Assembly (NCBI GenBank): GCA_963765575.1
Contig: CAVXWZ010000002.1
Span: 192,001 to 256,000, forward strand
Length of the DNA: 64,000 nt
Source of the DNA: an uncultured cyanobacterium
Lineage (GTDB): Bacteria; Cyanobacteriota; Cyanobacteriia; PCC-6307; Cyanobiaceae
Direction: 5' to 3'
Under the pieces are notes generated by a model that saw nothing but the letters and a program-made list of their open reading frames with translations, was not told where the DNA came from and ran no database searches. A program made the translations under genes and the position numbers. This document shows, piece after piece, positions 20,268 through 30,141 of the stretch. Each line of letters opens with the position of its first letter. Position 1 is the stretch's first letter.

Positions 20268-23200
20268 CGGGCCAGGTGGTCGGCGATCTGCTCGGCCAGC
20301 ACCGGACTGGCGGCAGCCACAACCGCGCGCCAGTCCGCCAGGTCCTGGCCCAGGGGGTTGTGGAGCAGCAGTTCTTTTTTGATGAATGGGAAGCGGCGGC
20401 TTTCGATGAGCTCGCGCCAGTGGGTGTGGCTGAGGTTGCCGTAGTGGCTCATGTAGAGCGCCTCAAGGCTGTAACCCAGCCGCTGCAACAGCGTGCTCCA
20501 GCCGATCTCCTGGGCACGCACCAGGTCACGCTTGTCGTCCCACACACCCACGCTCTCCCAGAAGGCACGAAAGATCGGCGCGCGCACCACGTGTTGCCGG
20601 TAAGCCATGAAATAGCTCTGCAGGTGCCGGCTCACCAGCGTGCTCTGCGTGAGCCCCACCACATCGGCCCGGCTGCGTTCCAGTCGCTCGAAGAGGTCAT
20701 CCAGCGGCTGGATCGGGCCGTAGCAACTGTCGTTGGTGAGGATCAGGCGGGGAGCCTGAGCGATCAGCGGCCAGCAGTAATTGATCGCCGCCTTCCAGCT
20801 GCCGAAGTCATGGCCCTCGTTCTCGCGGATCAGCACCACAGCGCAGAGCGCCTGGAGGCTGGCCAGCGCTTCGGCATCCGCCGCCAGCTCCGGGCAGGCG
20901 GACACGAACACCAGCTGGCAGTGGCGTCGGTACTGGCGCAGCTGCTCCAGCAGATCCGGCCGCAGCTGCCCATGGGCATCCCAGTGCACGCAGATGAGCA
21001 GGGGGCGGCCGGGCTGGGGAGCCACGTCGGGGCGACTCCAGCTCCAGATCAGCCGATCCGATGACGGCTGGGGCGGTGGGGGGGCCGCAGCGGCGGGCTC
21101 GAAGCGCCTGGACTCCCGACTCAGCAGGGGGTGAACCAGGGGATCGCCGGCACTGAAATGCAGCGGGTAGCGGGCCTGCAGACACGCGGCTTCGACGTAC
21201 AAGCGCTTGCGGTTCTCGCCCGACACATCCGTTCCCCGGCTCACGGATTCGGGATGGAGGATGTCGGGCTCGGGGGTGACCACCACCAGCTGGCCCTGCT
21301 CCGCCAGGCGCCAGCAGAGATCCACGTCGTTGTAGGCCACCGCGAAGTCCTCGTCGAAGCCGCCGAGGCGATCGAAGTCGGGGGCACGCATCAGCAGGCA
21401 GGCACCGGTGGCCGCCGACCACTGCTCCTGCACCTCCAGGGCCAGCACCATGGCGCTGGCCGGACCGGGACGCATCCTCTTGCCAGGGGAGTGCATCTCA
21501 TGCACGCGGCCATCAGCGGCCATCAGACCCTGGTGCTGGATGCGGCCATCGCCGTAGAGCAGACGGGCGCTGACCGCACCCACCCCCTGGAAGCCGAAGG
21601 GATCGAGAAGCTGTTCGATCGCCCGGGGGGAGCGCAGCACGATGTCGTTGTTGAGAAACAACAGAAAATTGCCGCTGCAGAGCGGGCGGGCGGCGTTGTT
21701 GAGGGCAGCGAAATTGAACGGCCGCTCGTCGCGCATGCCGATCAGGGGCACGGCCGTCAGAGCCTGCAGTTCGCTGGCCAGCCCGATGGCCTCGGGCTCG
21801 GTGCTGCCGTTGTCGATCAGCACGATCTCCAGCGGCACGCCTTCGGCCTGATCCAGAAGAGACTGCACACAGCGCCGGGTGAGGGCGGCCTGGTCGCGGA
21901 AGGGGATCAGCACCGACACCCGATCCTGTGGTTGCCGTGAACGCCGCACCATGAACGTGCCCGGGCGCGGGCCGGGGGTGAGGGTGCCTCTGGGGGTGAG
22001 CCAGTGGGCGGCGTGGCGCCGGGTGAGGGCGGCGATCTGCCGCTGCTGTTCGGCCCCCAGAGCCCGCTGCAGCAGCGGGGGGGCATGGGCCAGCACGGCG
22101 GGGTTGGTGATCGGATCGCGGCGCAGCAGCACCTGGGGCAGCTGCAGGATGCGGCCGCCCCGCCGCAGCACCTCCAGGGCCAGGTCGCGCAGCAGGGCGT
22201 GCAGGCAACCATGGACGGCGGGCCGCAGCTCGGCGATCAGCGCCGCCGGCACGGCCACCAGCCCGGGGACCGCCCCCCTGGTGAGCACCCGGAACGGGGT
22301 GGGCGCCCCTTCGAGCTGGCGCAGCCCCACCTGATCGGGTTGGCGTCCCCAGATCAGCTCCTCATCCGAGCAGAGCAGCTCGGCGCTCTCCCAGGCGAGC
22401 CGGCGCCGCAGCGTCTGCCAGGCCCCGGCCAGCGGGCGGTCGTCGAGCCCTTGAAACACCAGCAGCAGATCCCCTGCCGCCGGCACCATCCAGCGGTGGA
22501 CCTGCTCCAGCAGCGGCCGCTCCAGCAGCAGCAGCTCGGCCTGCTCGAAGCCGCCCTCCAGGGCGCAGTGCTCTGCCCGGCGCCGCAGGCAGGCCTCACC
22601 CAGCTGATCGAGCTGGGCCGCGGTGACCGCCAGCAGCAGCAGCGCGCGCCAGGGCCGGGCGGGGCTGTCCAGGCTTGCGGGCCGGGCTGGCGGGCCGTCC
22701 CCGGGACGGGCCGCAACCAGTGCTCCAGCAGACGGGCCACCCGCTCGGGGCTGCGGCGGGCCAGCCAGTGGGCATCGACGGCCAGCAGCGGACGGCTCCG
22801 GGCGGGGACGGGGCGGGTGCAGGGGCCGCACGCCATCGGCAGCGGCGAAGCACTGCACCAGTGGCGCCCCAGACCGCTCCACCAGCCCCCGGATCCAGTC
22901 GCCCCAGCAGGCGGGCAATGCACCGGCACCAGTCCAGAGCACATAGCGGGCGCCGTTGCCGAGGGCATATCGGCAGGCCTCGCGCACCAACGCGGCCCCG
23001 TCGGCGGGTCCGGCGATCACCCTGCTGGCCCCGAAACCCAGGCCCATGGCCCGCAGCCGGGCCTGGGCCGATGTCCGCTCCGGAGCGTCTGTCGCCGCCG
23101 CCAGCTCCAGCCACACCCAGGTGGGCTGAAGCTCGCGATCGAGCTCGCTGGGGCGCCAGCGCCGCAGGGCCGAGGGAATGGCTGCGGCCGCCGGCACGGC

Positions 23201-23707
23201 TTCGAGCGCCAAGCACTCCAGCACGCTGAGCTGGTGCAGCCAGGCGCGGCGCTCGGGCGTGCACCAGAGACTCTCGCGAACCACCTCGATCGGCACCGGT
23301 GGCAGCTCGCTGTAGAGCGGTAGCTCCCCCCGCAGCACTCGGTTGAGACCACGGCGCACGAAGGCCTGCAGGTCGTCGCCGTGGCAGTAGGCCAGACGGC
23401 GCGCATCCAGGGGCGAATGGGCCAGCGCCGCCGGCAGCACGGGCGCCAGCAACAACGGGGCGGGCACCAGGGCCGGATCGAGAAAGGCCGCATCGAGGCC
23501 GGGATGGCAGCGACCCAGAACCAGCCGCATCAGCTCCGGTGGATAACCCAGGCAGACCATGGCCGCCACGGCGGCGAGGGCGGCGGTGACATCGCCGTCG
23601 TCCACGGCCCGACGTAGCCGCCGGCTGCAGGGCTCAGCCGTTGCGGCCGCCTGCAGACGCGACAGGCCCGCGCTCGGCGGTGGCTCTGGGCTCGTGCGGG
23701 AGGTCAC
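20240..23707 (-). CDS. Multidomain glycosyltransferase: GT2 plus C-terminal rhamnan-synthesis (RgpF-like) domain
   Basis: VSVLIPFRD, IDNGS, FNFAALNN, LFLNNDI, ATGACLL, GGFDE..AYNDVDLC, followed by RENEGHDFGSW, LTNDSCYGP, HLQSYF, FPFIKKELL. Confidence 0.8.
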   Translation of the reverse strand: MTSRTSPEPPPSAGLSRLQAAATAEPCSRRLRRAVDDGDVTAALAAVAAMVCLGYPPELMRLVLGRCHPGLDAAFLDPALVPAPLLLAPVLPAALAHSPLDARRLAYCHGDDLQAFVRRGLNRVLRGELPLYSELPPVPIEVVRESLWCTPERRAWLHQLSVLECLALEAVPAAAAIPSALRRWRPSELDRELQPTWVWLELAAATDAPERTSAQARLRAMGLGFGASRVIAGPADGAALVREACRYALGNGARYVLWTGAGALPACWGDWIRGLVERSGAPLVQCFAAADGVRPLHPPRPRPEPSAAGRRCPLAGPPQPRAGGPSAGALVAARPGDGPPARPASLDSPARPWRALLLLAVTAAQLDQLGEACLRRRAEHCALEGGFEQAELLLLERPLLEQVHRWMVPAAGDLLLVFQGLDDRPLAGAWQTLRRRLAWESAELLCSDEELIWGRQPDQVGLRQLEGAPTPFRVLTRGAVPGLVAVPAALIAELRPAVHGCLHALLRDLALEVLRRGGRILQLPQVLLRRDPITNPAVLAHAPPLLQRALGAEQQRQIAALTRRHAAHWLTPRGTLTPGPRPGTFMVRRSRQPQDRVSVLIPFRDQAALTRRCVQSLLDQAEGVPLEIVLIDNGSTEPEAIGLASELQALTAVPLIGMRDERPFNFAALNNAARPLCSGNFLLFLNNDIVLRSPRAIEQLLDPFGFQGVGAVSARLLYGDGRIQHQGLMAADGRVHEMHSPGKRMRPGPASAMVLALEVQEQWSAATGACLLMRAPDFDRLGGFDEDFAVAYNDVDLCWRLAEQGQLVVVTPEPDILHPESVSRGTDVSGENRKRLYVEAACLQARYPLHFSAGDPLVHPLLSRESRRFEPAAAAPPPPQPSSDRLIWSWSRPDVAPQPGRPLLICVHWDAHGQLRPDLLEQLRQYRRHCQLVFVSACPELAADAEALASLQALCAVVLIRENEGHDFGSWKAAINYCWPLIAQAPRLILTNDSCYGPIQPLDDLFERLERSRADVVGLTQSTLVSRHLQSYFMAYRQHVVRAPIFRAFWESVGVWDDKRDLVRAQEIGWSTLLQRLGYSLEALYMSHYGNLSHTHWRELIESRRFPFIKKELLLHNPLGQDLADWRAVVAAASPVLAEQIADHLARQPRCSAPL

Positions 23708-23732
23708 AATGCCTGCCAGCAGGTGGTGATCA

Positions 23733-25160
23733 ATGTTGACTGGCTGCCGGCCCAGTGCCTTCCAGGGCCAGCTCAGCGCCGTCGACCTGCCCGGTCAGCT
23801 GGCCCTCGCCCGCGATCCGGCCCTGCTGCCCCGGCACTGGAGCCGTCGGCCCTTCGGCGAACTCTGGCTCGCCCATCACGAGCGCCTGCCGTTGCTGCGG
23901 CTCAGCAGCTCCGCTGCCGACCTGGAGGTGGTGTTTCTGGGTCCGGTGATCGACCCCCTGGGACGACGGCTGAACGGCCTGGACTGGAACCCGCCGAACC
24001 AGGGGCTGTTCCCGGCCCTGGAGCGGCTGCTGCACGGCCTCGGCGGCAGCTTCGTGTGCATCGCCCGCTCGGCCGGCCGGCAACGCCTCTACCTCGATGC
24101 CGCCGGATCGCTGTCGCTGCTCTATTCCCCACGCCTCAGCATGGCCGCCTCCAGCGTGGGGCTGTTCCCCGATGGCGGCGCCGAGGACGACGCGAGCGAG
24201 CTGATCGAGGCGCTCGATGTGGGCCATCGCGACGGCTACTTCGCCTTCGGCCTCAGCCCGCGGCGCTCGATCCGGCGGTTGCTGCCCAACCACCTGCTGA
24301 ATCTGGACAGCTGGAAGGCCAAACGCCATTGGCCACTGGAGCCGATCCTGCCGGCCCAGGACCAGCAACGCGCCCTTGGGGAGATCACCGAGCTGCTGCA
24401 GGCCACGCTGGAGACAGTGATCGAGGCCGGCCATCGCCCCTACCTCTCGCTCACCGCCGGCTACGACTCGCGGCTGTTTCTGGCCCTGCTGCGCCACCAG
24501 GCCGGGGCGGTGGACTGGTTCACCTGGGATCTGCCCGATGCCGTGGCGGAGCGGGACGTCAGCGTGGCTCGCCAGCTGGCCGCGGCCCTGGGACTGAACC
24601 ACAGCGTGATCCCCTTCCAGGCCGCGGCGCCCGAAGAGCAGGCCCTCTGGCTGCAACGCTCCGGCCTGGCCGTGGGCGAGCTGCGCGGCATGAGCCTGGC
24701 CAGCACCGTTGCCGCCATGGGAGCTGGCCGCTACTACCTGCCGGCCATCGGCAACGAGGCCGGTCGGGGGGCCTACTGGCGGGACGATGACCAGGAGGCC
24801 AGCCGCCTGTACGCCGCGACCCTGCTGCGGCGGCTGCGGCTGCCGCTCCATCCGCAGTTGCTGGCGGCGGCCCGCCGTTGGCTGCGGGGGGTGGGACTCG
24901 ACAACAGTCTGTTGAAGCTCGATCTGCTCTACATCGAGCAGCGCCTGGGATGCTGGGCCGGCGTGACGGCCTACGGCGACGCCAACGGCCCGATTCGGAT
25001 TCTGCCCTGCTCCAACCGCCGGATCTTCGAACTGATGCTCTCCCTGCCTGCTGAGATGCGCCGCCAGGACACCATTCCTGAGGTCCTGATCAGGCGCTGC
25101 TGGCCTGAGCTGCTCGCCTACCCGGTCAATGGCCGCGCCATTCCAACTGCCGCGTGCTGA
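23733..25160 (+). CDS. Asparagine-synthetase-like PP-loop protein (probable polysaccharide amidation/modification)
   Basis: LGGSFV..LYLDAAGSLSLLY, LLPNHLL, LSLTAGYDSRLFLAL (PP-loop), GNEAGRGAY, LYIEQRLGCW. Confidence 0.6.
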   Translation: MLTGCRPSAFQGQLSAVDLPGQLALARDPALLPRHWSRRPFGELWLAHHERLPLLRLSSSAADLEVVFLGPVIDPLGRRLNGLDWNPPNQGLFPALERLLHGLGGSFVCIARSAGRQRLYLDAAGSLSLLYSPRLSMAASSVGLFPDGGAEDDASELIEALDVGHRDGYFAFGLSPRRSIRRLLPNHLLNLDSWKAKRHWPLEPILPAQDQQRALGEITELLQATLETVIEAGHRPYLSLTAGYDSRLFLALLRHQAGAVDWFTWDLPDAVAERDVSVARQLAAALGLNHSVIPFQAAAPEEQALWLQRSGLAVGELRGMSLASTVAAMGAGRYYLPAIGNEAGRGAYWRDDDQEASRLYAATLLRRLRLPLHPQLLAAARRWLRGVGLDNSLLKLDLLYIEQRLGCWAGVTAYGDANGPIRILPCSNRRIFELMLSLPAEMRRQDTIPEVLIRRCWPELLAYPVNGRAIPTAAC

Positions 25161-25888
25161 CCTCCCCTGCCGCCGCCGCCATGTTTCGCTGGGCCTCGCC
25201 ACAGCCGCTTCCATCGGCCCTGGTTGCGCTGCTGGAGCGTGCCGGTGTCAGCCGCTGCGACCCCCACCAGAGCCCGGATCTGAGGGTGTTTCTGCCTCCC
25301 CATCTGCTGGTGGCGGCCGGAGCCACCAGCGAGGGTGTGCTCAGCCAGGCCTACGACGGCCTCGATCACGGGATCAGCGGCGACGGGGCCTGGGGCGGCG
25401 ATCGGCTCGTCAACGCGGAGCGGCTGCTGGGCCTGCGGCCGGCGGAGATTTCCCACTGGCTGCTCACCAACTCCCCCCCCCAGCGGCCCCTGGGACTGGC
25501 CCCGGTGGATCCCCTGCTGGCTGTGGTGACGCTGGCCCTACTGGAGCAGTGGCCCCAGCTGGTGAGCCAGTACCAGCGGCTCGACAACCGTTCGGCGCGG
25601 GCTGGCGCCGCCCCGGAACTGGATTACCGCCTGCGCCTGCGGCCCTCGGCGACTGGCCTGCTGACGGCCTGGGGGGAGCTGAGCGCGCACCGGCAGGAGC
25701 GGCAGGGCGACGACCTGCTGCAGGCACGCCAGCACCTGCAGGCGCTGGCCGGCGCGCTGGAGCAGCAGGTGATCGAGACCCAGCACTGGCGGGAGAAGGC
25801 ATCCGAGCGCCTGCGCACGAACCGGCGCCTGCTCAGCCTGCTGCAGAGACTGCAGGTGCTGATGCAGCGTCTGATGGGACTGTCCTGA
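25154..25888 (+). CDS. Hypothetical protein with C-terminal coiled coil; paralogue of 25894..26778
   Basis: Overlaps the previous stop. LVALLERA, RLVN, DPLLA, GLLTA are shared with the convergent gene; Q/E/L-rich tail. Confidence 0.6.
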   Translation: MLTSPAAAAMFRWASPQPLPSALVALLERAGVSRCDPHQSPDLRVFLPPHLLVAAGATSEGVLSQAYDGLDHGISGDGAWGGDRLVNAERLLGLRPAEISHWLLTNSPPQRPLGLAPVDPLLAVVTLALLEQWPQLVSQYQRLDNRSARAGAAPELDYRLRLRPSATGLLTAWGELSAHRQERQGDDLLQARQHLQALAGALEQQVIETQHWREKASERLRTNRRLLSLLQRLQVLMQRLMGLS

Positions 25889-25893
25889 TCAGA

Positions 25894-26778
25894 TCAGATC
25901 AGAAGCCCCCGGGCCAGGGCCGCCTGAATCCTGCGGCTGGCCTCGGCAGCCTCGCTCACCAGGCCTTCGAGCAGGGCAAGACGCCGCGCCATCTGCTCCA
26001 GGTCCTGCTGCTGGGCCTGGAGACTGAGCTGCAGATCGCTGCAGCGCGCCTGCAGGGCTGCCGCCTCCTGCAGCCGTGCCTGGAGCAGATCCACCTGGTC
26101 CCGCAGGGCGAGGCTCTCCAGCTCCTGGTGGCGCAGTGGCTCCAGTTGGCTGGCCAGGTCCTGAAGGTCGGCCTCGAGGGTCCGTCGATCCCGCCGGGCC
26201 TGGAGCAGGCCGGGCAGGCTCGCCGCCCGCTGGTAACGCTCCAGGCACTGGCCATCGGGGGGACGGTGATCCAGGCCGGCCGCCAGCGGATGCTCTTCCA
26301 GGGCCCGGTAGGCAAGCAGGGGCTCGTCGTGGGCGCTGAAGCACTGCAGGGCCAGGAGGGCATCGAGGGGATCGGGCTCTGGCAAGGCACACCGCCACGC
26401 GGCTTGGACATCCCCACCCGGGTCGATGGCCCACGCCACCAGCGCTGGAATCACAGCGCAACTGAGATTCACCAGACGGCAGGGGATGCCAGCCGCGAGC
26501 AGAGCAGGCAGGGCAGAGAACAACTGCCGATCGTCGCGGCCGTCCGCTTGCCGCTCCGAGGTCAGCAGACGAACCAGGGGATCGGCATACAGCAGCAAGG
26601 CGGGGCTGTCCCCATGCAGGCTGTCGGCACTGGGTCGGCGGAGCACCTGCAGGTGGGCCCGCTCCAGGCCAGCCACCAGCTCAGTGCAAAGAGCCGACGA
26701 CTCCAGACCCGGAGCCCAGACCTGGACCTGCGCAACTCCGGCAGCCACCACGGAAGGCACTCTCGCAGCGTCCTTCAT
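25894..26778 (-). CDS. Hypothetical protein with long C-terminal coiled coil
   Basis: ATG 26778 forms an ATGA overlap with the upstream gene. LVAGLERA, LLLYADP, RLVN, DPLDA; heptad-like tail LEADLQDLASQLEPL... Confidence 0.62.
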   Translation of the reverse strand: MKDAARVPSVVAAGVAQVQVWAPGLESSALCTELVAGLERAHLQVLRRPSADSLHGDSPALLLYADPLVRLLTSERQADGRDDRQLFSALPALLAAGIPCRLVNLSCAVIPALVAWAIDPGGDVQAAWRCALPEPDPLDALLALQCFSAHDEPLLAYRALEEHPLAAGLDHRPPDGQCLERYQRAASLPGLLQARRDRRTLEADLQDLASQLEPLRHQELESLALRDQVDLLQARLQEAAALQARCSDLQLSLQAQQQDLEQMARRLALLEGLVSEAAEASRRIQAALARGLLI

Positions 26779-27680
26779 ACCGGAGCGGAACGCCCCCCCG
26801 GCGAGGCGGTCTCCCAGGTCAGAACCAGGTCTGCCAACTGCTGCTGCACATAGCGCAGACAGGCCGCCAGCACGGCATCGTTGCCCCCCCGCTTGTTGAT
26901 CGAGAGGAACAGCGTCTCGCCAATCGGTTGGCCGGGCACACCGCGCTTGAGGGCCAGACCGGCACTGCTGAGTTCGGTGAACTGCTGCTCCATGGTGTGG
27001 TGCAGCAGCACCGAGGGCGTGCCGGTGAGCAGGGTGTGGCACTTGAACCAGAGGTCGTCGGCGTGGCCGGCGATCTCCAGGGCCCGGTCCACATTGCGGA
27101 GGCGCCAGTCGAGCTGGCTGAGCCGGTAGCAGATGCCGTCCTTGCCGGTGGGCACGGTGCGCAGGCTGGGCTCCAGCAGGCAGGGGTCGTTCACCCGCCA
27201 GTCGCGGTAGGGCACCACCGCGCCCTCCTCGAACACCATCTGGCGGCCGCGGAAGGCCACCACGCAACCAAAGCGCTCCTGCGCGCTCACCAGCCGTTGC
27301 AGCCAGTCGGGGGGGTAGAGGGTGTCGTCATCAGCGGTGATCAACAGGGGATCCGCGGCCTGCTGCCCAGGGCTGAGCCGCTCCAGCAGGGGCAGCAGCT
27401 TGCGGTAGGGACCGCAGTTGGCCGTCCAGTGCACCTGCAGGCGCAGGCCAGGGCCCAGCCGCGACCTCCAGATCCGCTGCTGCAGAACGTCGGGCAGCTC
27501 GGCAAAGCCCCGATCCAGCAGGTAGGGCTGGCGGGAGAGAAACAGGTGCAGCTCCACGGCACGGCCGTCGGCTGGCAGCTGCTGGGCGAGCAGGGAATCC
27601 AGGGTGCGCTCGAGGGCGGCCTCGCGGCCGCGAATCGAGGTGAGGCCGATGAACACAGGTGCCGGCAGGGTCATGGCCAC
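26775..27680 (-). CDS. GT-A fold glycosyltransferase
   Basis: LTSIRGR, NCGPYRKLLP, ITADDDTLYP (DxD), PTGKDGICY, ADDLWF. Confidence 0.72.
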   Translation of the reverse strand: MAMTLPAPVFIGLTSIRGREAALERTLDSLLAQQLPADGRAVELHLFLSRQPYLLDRGFAELPDVLQQRIWRSRLGPGLRLQVHWTANCGPYRKLLPLLERLSPGQQAADPLLITADDDTLYPPDWLQRLVSAQERFGCVVAFRGRQMVFEEGAVVPYRDWRVNDPCLLEPSLRTVPTGKDGICYRLSQLDWRLRNVDRALEIAGHADDLWFKCHTLLTGTPSVLLHHTMEQQFTELSSAGLALKRGVPGQPIGETLFLSINKRGGNDAVLAACLRYVQQQLADLVLTWETASPGGRSAPV

Positions 27681-27687
27681 AGCCCCG

Positions 27688-30141
27688 TCATGGCAACAGC
27701 CCCAGCTGCATCAGGCGGCGCCAGGTGGGCAGCCCCAGGCTGCAGCCGTATTCATAGGCCGATGAGACGGTCGTGGTCGAGCCCCGCATCAGATACAGCG
27801 GGGCCTCCAGCCGCTGCACCCGGGCCAGGCCGTAGCCCAGCTCCAGGCGGCGCCGGAAATCGACATCGCCGCGGGAGCGCACCGGATAGAAGCCGCCCAG
27901 ATCCAGAGCCGTGCGGCGGCGCAGCATCAGGGTTGTGATGCCGTCGCCGAAGAACGCCCCACCGTCACCATCGGCCTGGGGATCCCCGCTGGCCTCATCC
28001 AGGCGCACATGGCCGCCATACACCGCCACGGCCCCCTGCTGCAGCGCCTGCCACTGCAGCTCCAGCCGCCAGGGATGGGAGATGTCGTCGTCGTCGTGGA
28101 TGGCCACCACATTGCCGGCCATCTGCTCGATCGCCAGATTGCGGCAGGCGTACTGGCCACGGTTGGCGGGAAGGCGCAGCAGCCGCAGCGGCAACGCCAA
28201 CTCAGCGCTGAGCTGCTCCACCAGCGCCGCCAGCCCGGCGGCGGCCTGGGGTGGGGAGCCGTCATCCAGCAGCAGCACCTCCTGCACCGCCACGCTCTGC
28301 AGGGCGATCGACTCCAGCGCCAGACGCAGCAGCCCCAGCTCCGGCCGGTGGCTGGTGATCAGCACGCTGATCGGCAGGCTGGGCCGATCAGCCGGGGGGG
28401 GGAGCTGCTGCCGCCAGCAGGCCAGGCAGGCCGCGAAGACAGCTCCCACGCCGCCACGGGTGGGCAGCAGGGTGGGCAGCAGGTGCGGCACCCCGGCCCG
28501 CTCCGCCGCCAATCGCGCCAGGCCCGCCGTGCGGCTGGGCAGGCCGGCCGCCACCGCCAACACCAGGGCCTCTTCATCCTCGCCATCCAGCAGGCGCAGC
28601 AGCGGCGGGGAGCCGGCAGCACTCGCCAGTCGCAGCAGGGCCCCACGCTCCTCTTCCCCCCGCACCAGACGCAGCAGGAGCGTGAGTTGCAACCGCAGCA
28701 GATGGCGCGGATCCTCCGGCTCGCCCGCAAGCTCCTCGGGGGCCAGGGGACGCAGGCGCAGCGGTTCAGGTCCGGTGTCGGGGGGCGGTGGCGCCACGCC
28801 TCGGCTGTGCAGCAGCACCAGCGCCGGCAGCAGCTCGGCCTCCTCCCCCCGCAGCCAGGCGCAGTGCAAGGGAAAACGGCGCAGCTCATGCAGCAGCCTG
28901 GAGAGCAGCACGGGCTGCCACCACAGCCGTGGCAGACCCCGCTCCACTAGCGCCAGCAGGCCCCGCCGCCGCGGCCGGTTGAGCGCCCCCACGGCATCGT
29001 CGCCAAGCAGCAGCACCCCCTTGACCAGCACCAGACAGGCCGAGGGCGGCAGCAGGGTTGGCAGCCGGTAGCCGCTCTCCGGTTCCAGCTCGGGCAGCAG
29101 GGCCTGCAGCAGCGGCAGGTTGGTGCTGCCACTGCGCACAATCGCCTCCAGCTGGCGCTGCAGAGCCCGCTTCTGCTCCCGCGCCCCTGCCGCTGCCGCC
29201 CTGCCGATCGCGCCCACCAGCCCATCGATGGCCTCCGCCAAGGCCCGCAGCCAGGCCGGCCGCTCCGCCACCAGAGGCGCCTGCAGCAGCCGCATCAGCA
29301 CCAGCCCCCGTTCACCGGGATCGCTGAGCTCAACGCCCCGCTCCAGCCCCAGACGGCGCAGGGCAGCGGCAGCGGCGGCCAGCTGCGGATCGCGGCTGTT
29401 GAGGCCACCCACGAGGACCTCCAGCAGGCGCAGTGCGGGGCCCGACTCCGCCCCCTCCAGGATCGCGGGCCCCAGGGCCGCCGACAGCAGGGCCAGCAGG
29501 GCTTCGCTGAAGCCGGGCTGCTCAGCGGCCGGTGACAGATGCACCAGGGCCACCAGTTGGTGGGCCAGCTGCTGCAGGGCCACCGGGCCGGCGGGCAGGT
29601 CCGCCAGCCAGGCAGCGAGAGGGAAGGGGCGGCCCAGGGCCGTGGGGGCGGGCCAGCAGGGCGGCGCCAGCCGGCAGCGCAGGTGTCGCTCCAGCTGCAG
29701 CAGCTCCAGCGCCGTGGCCGGATCCGGGCGCTCCGCCGAGGCCAGCAGGGTGCGGTAGGGGGCCAGCAGGGCGCCCAGGGCGGAGGGACGCTGGCGGGGC
29801 TCCGGACCAGGCTCAGAAGGCCAGGCATCGAGCGGCACCGCTGCGGCCACGGCCGGCAACAGCTCGGCCAGATCGGGCGCCTCGTCGGCCCCCACCAGCC
29901 CCCGGCTCCAGGGCAGTGGCAGGGCCAGCAGCAGGGCCGGATCAGCAGCGCCCGGCTCCAGCTCAATCAGGCTGGCCCCCAGCAGCCGGGGCCAATGGCC
30001 CGATTCAGCCCGCAGCAACAGGGCCCGATCCGCGTCGCGCACAAAGCCGTAGCGAGCCACCCCGGGAACGGCAAACAGCTGACGCACCAGCTGACGGCGG
30101 TTCAGGTCCAGGTGAATCGAATGGCGTTCGATCCCGTTCAA
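27688..30141 (-). CDS. Large protein with C-terminal GT2 domain and Leu/Ala-rich N-terminal region
   Basis: ISVLITSH, LLDDGS, NRGQYACRNLAI, IHDDDDISHPWRL, GDVDFRRRL. Confidence 0.72.
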   Translation of the reverse strand: MNGIERHSIHLDLNRRQLVRQLFAVPGVARYGFVRDADRALLLRAESGHWPRLLGASLIELEPGAADPALLLALPLPWSRGLVGADEAPDLAELLPAVAAAVPLDAWPSEPGPEPRQRPSALGALLAPYRTLLASAERPDPATALELLQLERHLRCRLAPPCWPAPTALGRPFPLAAWLADLPAGPVALQQLAHQLVALVHLSPAAEQPGFSEALLALLSAALGPAILEGAESGPALRLLEVLVGGLNSRDPQLAAAAAALRRLGLERGVELSDPGERGLVLMRLLQAPLVAERPAWLRALAEAIDGLVGAIGRAAAAGAREQKRALQRQLEAIVRSGSTNLPLLQALLPELEPESGYRLPTLLPPSACLVLVKGVLLLGDDAVGALNRPRRRGLLALVERGLPRLWWQPVLLSRLLHELRRFPLHCAWLRGEEAELLPALVLLHSRGVAPPPPDTGPEPLRLRPLAPEELAGEPEDPRHLLRLQLTLLLRLVRGEEERGALLRLASAAGSPPLLRLLDGEDEEALVLAVAAGLPSRTAGLARLAAERAGVPHLLPTLLPTRGGVGAVFAACLACWRQQLPPPADRPSLPISVLITSHRPELGLLRLALESIALQSVAVQEVLLLDDGSPPQAAAGLAALVEQLSAELALPLRLLRLPANRGQYACRNLAIEQMAGNVVAIHDDDDISHPWRLELQWQALQQGAVAVYGGHVRLDEASGDPQADGDGGAFFGDGITTLMLRRRTALDLGGFYPVRSRGDVDFRRRLELGYGLARVQRLEAPLYLMRGSTTTVSSAYEYGCSLGLPTWRRLMQLGLLP

